DNA from: a virus | Taxonomy: Duplodnaviria; Heunggongvirae; Uroviricota; Caudoviricetes | IMG/VR virus record: IMGVR_UViG_3300017917_002560 | Span: 10,096-74,095 of that record | DNA length: 64,000 nucleotides | Reading direction: 5' to 3' (one strand) | In this document: positions 59,201-64,000 of the stretch, piece by piece | Layout: each line of letters opens with the position of its first letter | Position numbering within the stretch: position 1 is the stretch's first letter | The notes under the pieces: model-generated | Told to the model about the DNA's origin: nothing | The model's input: only the letters and a program-made list of their open reading frames with translations | Databases searched by the model: none | Program-made: the position numbers and the translations under genes

Positions 59201-62200
59201 GCCCACAGGTGCAAGACAAAGTCGTTTGAATTTAACAGCCGTGACCACAACTGAGTGGAACGGTACTGTGGATGCACAAGGCTTTATTCTTAATCAGGAC
59301 AACGTTGAAGAGTGGACTGGTCTAAGAGTATATGCCAAAGGTGAAATTGTCAAGTACAAAGACAGTTACTGGAGCGCCGCTAAGATCGTGCAACCCAGCA
59401 CAACTTTCAATTTCAACGATTGGATACAAAGCGATTACGAACAAATTGATCTTGGCTTGTTGCCTAACTTGGCCAACAAAGCAGATCAGTTGGCCAATAC
59501 TTACAGCCTTAACACAGCTAACTTAGAACGTGACGCAGACTTGTTGAGTTATGGGTTGATTGGTTTCCGACCACGTCAATACTTGGCAGCAATTGATCTA
59601 GACGACGTGAGTCAGGTCAACGTTTACAGACAATTCTTGAACACCAAAGGTACATTGCAAGCCGCTGAATTGTTCCAGCAAGTGAACCTTGGTAAAGAAC
59701 TTGCTGATTATCAAATTTACGAAAACTGGGCAGTACAGCGAGCAGTGTATGGTGCCAACGCAAACCGTAGCTTCTTTGAACTACGTTTGAATCGTGCCAA
59801 CTTGTCTGCAAGTCCAAGCTTGGTTCAAGTAATTGGCCCACAAGAAACCAGCCAGGCTGACCAAACAGTTCAGCTTGGTGAAATTTGGAGACAGAGCTAC
59901 AAGATTACTAGCCCTGATATTTTACCAACTACATTGGCAGTACCCACAGACACAGCATTACCTAGCGCAGGGTATGTAAACCTTGACGATGTTGATGTCA
60001 CAGTGTTTGATATCAATGATCCGGCTAGCTTAGAAGCCAACTTAACTGAAATCAGTGTTGGTACATCTATCTGGGTAGCCAAAGTCAACGACTATGACTG
60101 GGACATTTATCGTGCAGAAGCAGTGCCCGGCACAGTGAGCCACGTGTGTGATAACTTAGATGGTACTAGCCGTGTAATATTCACACAACAACATGGTCTA
60201 ACAGCTGGTCAAAAGATCATTATTAGATTCTTTGACAGCGAAGTTGACGGCGTGTATGATGTGCTCAGCGTCAGCAACTTGACCACGGTTAACATTGCAT
60301 TTAGATTTACTGGCAGCCGTACTGTAGTAGACGGAACTGGCCTTGCATTTACTTTGGCCACAATGCGTGTAGCGCAAGCCAGCGATGTAGTTACATTACC
60401 ATATGCTAACCAGATCTCTGCTGGTTCCAGCGTTTGGGTTGACAACGATGGCACTGGCCGTTGGGTAGTGCTTGAAAAACAATCAGTGTTTTCACCCGTA
60501 AGTGAACTAGCTCCGCAAGAACTGGATGCTGGCGAAGGTTACGGTGCATCAGTTTCGCAGGCCGCTGATCGCTTTGCAGCCATGGTTGGTAGCCCACGCT
60601 ATGGATTTGGCACCGGTACAGAAGTTGGTGGAATTTACACTTATGTAAACAACTTTAGCTCAACTTATCAACCCATTAGCCCCAAAGAAGGCAGTGATGC
60701 TATCTTGACATTGGACGTACCGGGTGTTAGAAACTTTGGTAGCAGTGTTGATTTTGGTAACCAAGCATGGGCAGCCGCCGGCGCTCCTGGAAGTCTTGGC
60801 AAGCTTGGGCAAGCTGACAGTGGGTATATCAGTGTAATCTATCGAGACTACAACAGCTATGCTCCGGGCGAAAATCCTTATGTTAACTGGCAAGTAATTA
60901 CAACTCCAGGTGACATCAACAATGATCAAGGCCGCTTTGGCGAAGCATTGGTCATGTGTGCCAATGAAAATTGGTTGTATGTTTCGGCACCTGAAATCAA
61001 CAAAGTTTATGCGTTCAACCGCATTGACTATGTGATACAGTTCCTTAACACCATTGGTGACGGATTCACTAAAGCATACGACATCAGCGAAAACATACAA
61101 GTTAACCAAGCCACACAGATACAAGTCAAAGTCAATGGCATTGAACAAACACTAAACGTAAACTACAGTGTGAGTCTTGATTTCTCAACAGTGACATTTG
61201 TAACAGCGCCTGGCGCAGGATCGTTTGTTGAAATTGTTAGACCTCCCCTGGTGCAACTTGACTATGCACAGTACTACAGTTTAACAGCAACTGGTGTCGC
61301 AACTGGTACTGGTGCTTTGTTCTCAATCAAACGCATTCGTGGTACAATTGATGTAGGCGTGCAAAACGGCGGCAATAGTTATACCAACGGCGATACACTA
61401 ACTATCCCGGCTGCTAGCTTTGGTGGCGGTTCAAGCCCTGCCAATGATTTAACATTTCAAATTACAGTTGTTGGTGGTAAAATAACTGCGCTGACCAGCA
61501 TCAGTTACACACCACCTGCACTGACATCTACATTTACTCTAAGCACATACTTCTTTACTGTGGACAGTATCTATAGCTTCACAGTGTTGGTCAACGATGT
61601 GCTACAGCGTCCAAACATTGATTACACGTTTAATGACGTTACCAAACAATTGGTGTTTATTAACAACCCCGGTCTTGGTGCTATCATTAATGTTAGAGCA
61701 CAGAGTTACTTTGACTATGTTGGAGAATTGCCAACATCGGGTCTAGGTATTTTGGCCGGTAGCAAGTTTGGACATTCTGTAAGTTGTAGCACTGATGGCC
61801 GACAAGTATTGGTTGGTACACCAGCATGCACGGTTAACAATCAAGTTGAAGCTGGTTGTGTGTATGTGTTTGACAGAAACGTACAGCGTTTCACTTACAC
61901 CAACAACAGTACATTTACCTTGGCTGGTAGCGGGCTTGAGCCAGTGGCTGTGCTGGTCAATGGACAGTATCTTGTGAATCAGAACGTAACCATTGCCGGG
62001 CTGCCAAACACATACTCAGTCAGCGGCAGCACAGTTACAATTAATCAAACATTGAGCTACGGTGACACTGTTGAAATTGAAACCAACCAGTTCCGTGCGG
62101 CACAACGCATTGAGCAAGCTACTCCAGCAGAGTATTCTAGCTACGGCCAAGCAGTGGACCTATGCACCAACAACTGTAGTCTATACGTGGGTGCTCCTAA

Positions 62201-64000
62201 CAGCAGTTTACAAGCATACAAGGGCGGTGTTGTTGAACGTCAAGTCAACCAAGCTCGTATCTATGGAACAATTACATCTACAGTACCTAATCCAACACTG
62301 ACTGCTGGTGATACACTGAGAATCAACAACGTTGATATTGCAGTTCCTGCCGCACCCAACAATAACATTGCTGGTCTAGCCGCAGCCATCACAGCTGGTG
62401 CGCCCAACGCAACTGCCACAGTGACTTCATCTGGTTACTTGGTAATTTCTGTTACAAACTTTGATGCATCTGTGCCTGGAAACAGACTGCTAGTGTCTCC
62501 GGGCACTGTGGGATCTGTGTATGCCACACTGGGATTTGAAATGTTTGCATACACACAAACAATTTTCAGTCCATATCCAGTAGACTTTGCAAACTTTGGT
62601 GCAAGCATCAGCATTGACGACACAGCTACTACGCTGATTGTTGGCGCACCCAAAGGCACAATGTATTTGATCACTGTATTTGATGACGGTACTACAGACT
62701 TTGATGCCAACGCTACAACATTCTTTACCACACTGTTGCAAAGTGGCACAGTGTACAGTTACAACTTGTTGAGAGCCGCTGACAGCACTGTGGCCAATCC
62801 AGACAAATTTGTGTTTGGTGATCAAATTGCAATTACTGATGCATACTTCTTGGACCAAGTCGGTGCAGCCGTTGATTACTTGAGTGGCAGTTTGTGGATT
62901 GGTGCACCTGGCAGCGATGTTGGTGATTCTAGTACATCAAACTATGGCAAAGCGTTTGTGTGGCAGAATGCCAACCGAGCACTGAGTTGGAACGCCAAGT
63001 ATGTTCAACAACCCACAGTAGATGTTAGACTGTTGAATTCTGTATTCTTGTATGATCGTGTGACATCAGCTACAACAGAATTCCTTGACTTCTTTAACCC
63101 ATTACAGGGCAAGATACTTGGCGCCGCACGTCAAAACATTGACTTCATTGGAGCCGTTGACCCTGCTAGCTACAACGCTGGTCCTCTTAACGTTCGTGGC
63201 TCAACTTGGGGCTCGGATCATGTAGGCGAAATTTGGTGGGATATCAGTACTGTGCGCTTCATTGATCCTAACCAAGATTCAATTGTCTACGCCGCACGCC
63301 GTTGGGGACAAATATTCCCTGGCGCAAGAGTTGACGTATATCAATGGATTGCCAGCACTGTGCCACCAGCAGACTACGCTGGTCCTGGAACACCAGCCAG
63401 TTTGTTGAGCTACAGTATCAACACTGTTCTCAGCGATGATGGTACATTCAACACTGAATACTTCTTCTGGGTACGTGGCTTAGCCACAGTTGCTACAAAC
63501 AAAGGTAAGTCGCTCAGCGTCAACAGTATCAGTAACTACATTGCTGATCCTAGATCAACAGGTATTGCATACCTTGCCCCAATTGATTCTAGCACAGTGG
63601 CATTGTATAACTGCGAAACATTGATTGAAGCACAAGACACAATCTTGAACATTGAGTTTGATCAACAGTTGACTGAAAACAACGTTCACGTTGAATACGA
63701 ATTGATCCCACAAGATCGTGCCAGCGGATTCCTAAGTGATAACTTGTATCGCAAGCTTCAGGACAGCTTCTGCGGCGTTGACACATTTGGTAATACAGTA
63801 CCGGATCCAACTTTGAGTCCAGCTGAACGTTATGGTGTTCAGTATCGTCCACGTCAAAGTATGTTTGTTAACCGCTTTACTGCGCTGAAAAACTACATCA
63901 CACGTGTTAACTCAATTTTGTCACAGTACCCAGTAACCGAAAATCGTGTGTTAGCGTTACTAAACAGCAGTGAACCAGCTCCTGGGCCAACCAGTGGTTT
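53268..64000 (+). CDS. Giant virion/baseplate structural protein, >3,570 aa (runs off the right edge; absent from the ORF track)
   Basis: ATG overlaps the gp6 stop (TAATG) and reads MARVRSVDFLPEIFRT.... Spot translation at 55, 58, 60 and 64 kb stays in one coding-like frame (...LNSSEPAPGPTSG). The track lists no stop-terminated ORF in this frame. Confidence 0.85.
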   Translation, partial: MARVRSVDFLPEIFRTEPNKQFLAATLDNLIQEPKFKKTQGFVGRSVGPGINPNDKYVVELNKTRADYQLEPGVVSLRPDTNEIQDAITYPGIADAIKFQGGLGNRADLLYESEYYTWDPFVNYDSFVNFSQYYWLPEGPDAVDVFSTGVPITNNITVTRENGVYTFSDVVGENPTLELVRGGNYTFQVAQNDKETVNYRVGNKGNGSYTIDNISNPTLTLVRGNTYVFNLTLQGVYPFWIKTAPTLGLANAYNSGVTRNGATIGLITFTVPQDAPDTLYYIAQDQSNMQGVFNIVDGEAGTGPGFWIQTNPGITGRVPTTPNISSRDVFGVLNNGEDLGTVVFNVPTKTAQQYYYDLNTFGTPVDLITELKFEQINNQRVDVFLEQFGGIDGITNLNNRTLIFLNPLTDAVDGGWVRTTRFDPLAQDPNNNSLLGSFDSTLYSQTTEIEPELRYQLWQITYEISNGYAYMQLNRLADIPTLDKFTIRYGNEYSNTNWFKDGSGKFQQIPLLTAVNDILYYQDGTDPEIFGQIKLIDAAGRTTLDIDSIIGQKNYTSPNGIVFTNGLKVVFRGVVEPASYGSGIYTFDCTATTDQINAITTTTTDPLYVGQQITFSAPTLGGLIAGQTYYVQSIINQFQFTVSSVLGGTAVTLSTALGVMTATSINYREYYVSGVGTAIQLLPVANFVTPESYVIDANDSTILAEPSEPDYITISRASQDLNPWSRSNRWFHVDVINATAAYNNAVAVLDNNRRAKRPILQFRPNIRLFNMGTVSKLGVDIIDFATADAFSSIQGSTGYTTDGYQLVNGTRVIFAADTDAEIRNKIWVVEFVNPDSSTLTTADKLQQGLIYTIVNLGTTDWNAVAGTTGVSYTVGSVIRAVGAGTGTGLAEFNQPIINLTLADDGLVSVDECTFVLNGNTTKGKTYWYNGVEWILSQQKTSIQQPPLFNVYDSDGISFGDQVKYPSSDFVGSKLFSYAPGETGILDPILEFSLQYLSIENVGDIVFDNNLYKDTFVYTLDNISVTLDISSGSAREYSDRINYQRLIGWQNAVTTSKTYQQFKFIYDGTTLKLDIRATEQSQSIVPVLKIYVGSEFQDPSKYVYATTADSTTVTLKNEYVLGDIIEVLVLSEQTSKAAFYQVPINLENNPLNVNSPNFTLGTIRQHYQSICENLPTITGSITGANNTRDLGNIGPYGLIILQQSAPLTLAGYFLRSEKYNIFNALNYNSREYIKFKNLVLESVTQQTLNFQTPAQILDTAISDLTAGKIDTQSFYWSDMLPSGAVYVENTYPVTFITSNVFDTVQVYDFTSSNYFGLSVYLNDILLTRDLQYVVATDGPRLTITVALNPGDTVVIREYSATYGSFCPNTPTKLGLYPAYRPEIRVQKTSTGNQSVIVGHDGSITKTFGDIRDEVLLEFETRIYNNLKLDGNPVPLSVAEVLPGQFRNTGYTSAEINNILNSDFLSYVAWNKLDYKEQDYQNNNPFSYNYSAAQSRLDGKNLLGAWRGIYRYYYDTQQPEDTPWEMLGLSIKPDWWDLTYGTAPYTNQNFVLWDDLEAGYVRDPVVPYYLPEYARPGLSKVIPTGDEGALLAPLDSVVSTYDPNQFRKSWAINDGSPVEASWWNSSAYPFSIMRLLALTKPAKFFALFADRDLYRFNEEFDQYLYNNRYRLDANGVEVYGDGVSKASYINWIVDYNRQSGINSTKELQSNLANLDVRLCYRMASFSDKKFIKLFTEKSSPNSTNTSFLIPDESYNLLLYKNQPFDRAGYSSVLIQRVPGGFTVFGYSTTQPYFSTVQSQPTGKLQTITAAGVTVRVPTFYTGKIVQVPYGYVFSDITAVSDFLLSYGKFLETQGLTFTNVANGYQLNWRQMVSEFLYWSQQGWEDDCLIALNPLAFRLSVSKPYAVVDSIRAQTSENVLLDQNRKELPTRNLNIVREGNTFTVEPLNDQTLSFIDLKYTSYEHMIVLDNVSVFGDLIYNPPTGARQSRLNLTAVTTTEWNGTVDAQGFILNQDNVEEWTGLRVYAKGEIVKYKDSYWSAAKIVQPSTTFNFNDWIQSDYEQIDLGLLPNLANKADQLANTYSLNTANLERDADLLSYGLIGFRPRQYLAAIDLDDVSQVNVYRQFLNTKGTLQAAELFQQVNLGKELADYQIYENWAVQRAVYGANANRSFFELRLNRANLSASPSLVQVIGPQETSQADQTVQLGEIWRQSYKITSPDILPTTLAVPTDTALPSAGYVNLDDVDVTVFDINDPASLEANLTEISVGTSIWVAKVNDYDWDIYRAEAVPGTVSHVCDNLDGTSRVIFTQQHGLTAGQKIIIRFFDSEVDGVYDVLSVSNLTTVNIAFRFTGSRTVVDGTGLAFTLATMRVAQASDVVTLPYANQISAGSSVWVDNDGTGRWVVLEKQSVFSPVSELAPQELDAGEGYGASVSQAADRFAAMVGSPRYGFGTGTEVGGIYTYVNNFSSTYQPISPKEGSDAILTLDVPGVRNFGSSVDFGNQAWAAAGAPGSLGKLGQADSGYISVIYRDYNSYAPGENPYVNWQVITTPGDINNDQGRFGEALVMCANENWLYVSAPEINKVYAFNRIDYVIQFLNTIGDGFTKAYDISENIQVNQATQIQVKVNGIEQTLNVNYSVSLDFSTVTFVTAPGAGSFVEIVRPPLVQLDYAQYYSLTATGVATGTGALFSIKRIRGTIDVGVQNGGNSYTNGDTLTIPAASFGGGSSPANDLTFQITVVGGKITALTSISYTPPALTSTFTLSTYFFTVDSIYSFTVLVNDVLQRPNIDYTFNDVTKQLVFINNPGLGAIINVRAQSYFDYVGELPTSGLGILAGSKFGHSVSCSTDGRQVLVGTPACTVNNQVEAGCVYVFDRNVQRFTYTNNSTFTLAGSGLEPVAVLVNGQYLVNQNVTIAGLPNTYSVSGSTVTINQTLSYGDTVEIETNQFRAAQRIEQATPAEYSSYGQAVDLCTNNCSLYVGAPNSSLQAYKGGVVERQVNQARIYGTITSTVPNPTLTAGDTLRINNVDIAVPAAPNNNIAGLAAAITAGAPNATATVTSSGYLVISVTNFDASVPGNRLLVSPGTVGSVYATLGFEMFAYTQTIFSPYPVDFANFGASISIDDTATTLIVGAPKGTMYLITVFDDGTTDFDANATTFFTTLLQSGTVYSYNLLRAADSTVANPDKFVFGDQIAITDAYFLDQVGAAVDYLSGSLWIGAPGSDVGDSSTSNYGKAFVWQNANRALSWNAKYVQQPTVDVRLLNSVFLYDRVTSATTEFLDFFNPLQGKILGAARQNIDFIGAVDPASYNAGPLNVRGSTWGSDHVGEIWWDISTVRFIDPNQDSIVYAARRWGQIFPGARVDVYQWIASTVPPADYAGPGTPASLLSYSINTVLSDDGTFNTEYFFWVRGLATVATNKGKSLSVNSISNYIADPRSTGIAYLAPIDSSTVALYNCETLIEAQDTILNIEFDQQLTENNVHVEYELIPQDRASGFLSDNLYRKLQDSFCGVDTFGNTVPDPTLSPAERYGVQYRPRQSMFVNRFTALKNYITRVNSILSQYPVTENRVLALLNSSEPAPGPTSG

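Noticed and set aside
53093-63852. Short 60-160-aa ORFs on both strands in the right-hand 11 kb
   Set aside because: They lie within the single giant plus-strand frame and lack independent signals.
1-64000. Genome-wide TAG reassignment (code 15-like) suggested by the CUA tRNA
   Set aside because: All long late genes translate fully in code 11 with no internal TAG, and at least two genes plausibly terminate at TAG (19063, 40090).
1-64000. CRISPR or TIGR-like arrays, rRNA, transposases, integrase
   Set aside because: I saw no regularly spaced nucleotide-identical repeats with unique spacers and no such coding motifs. The only periodicity is the 51-bp coding repeat in the fibre genes.

Overview
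The window is 64 kb of a large T4-like (myovirus-type) bacteriophage genome covering virion morphogenesis. From left to right it holds: minus-strand tail-fibre and structural genes built from 17-aa Gly/Asn repeats (1-16 kb); a small plus-strand island (16.1-19.1 kb) with a TPR-glycosyltransferase, a CUA-anticodon tRNA, a zinc-ribbon protein and an unknown gene; the head module gp23-gp22-gp21-core-gp20 and a tape-measure-like protein carrying an M15 peptidase domain (19-28.7 kb, minus); a gp26-like/tail-chaperone gene with a -1 slippery site and an amidinotransferase/Arg-transferase-like cassette (28.7-32.2 kb, plus); a ~410-nt structured non-coding region downstream of a GIY-YIG nuclease; gp46-[nucleotide-sugar cassette]-gp47-gp55 (33-41 kb, minus); and a baseplate module ending in a >3,570-codon ORF that runs off the window and is missing from the ORF track. 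The most notable signal is an amber-suppressor tRNA about 1.1 kb upstream of a gene with a consensus sigma70 promoter, a strong SD and ATG-TCG-TAG in frame with a 170-codon ORF. The genome otherwise reads in standard code 11, which suggests a phage-encoded tRNA-gated translational switch. A candidate large ncRNA next to the GIY-YIG gene is the second lead. All family assignments come from recognising motifs by eye; no database searches were run.
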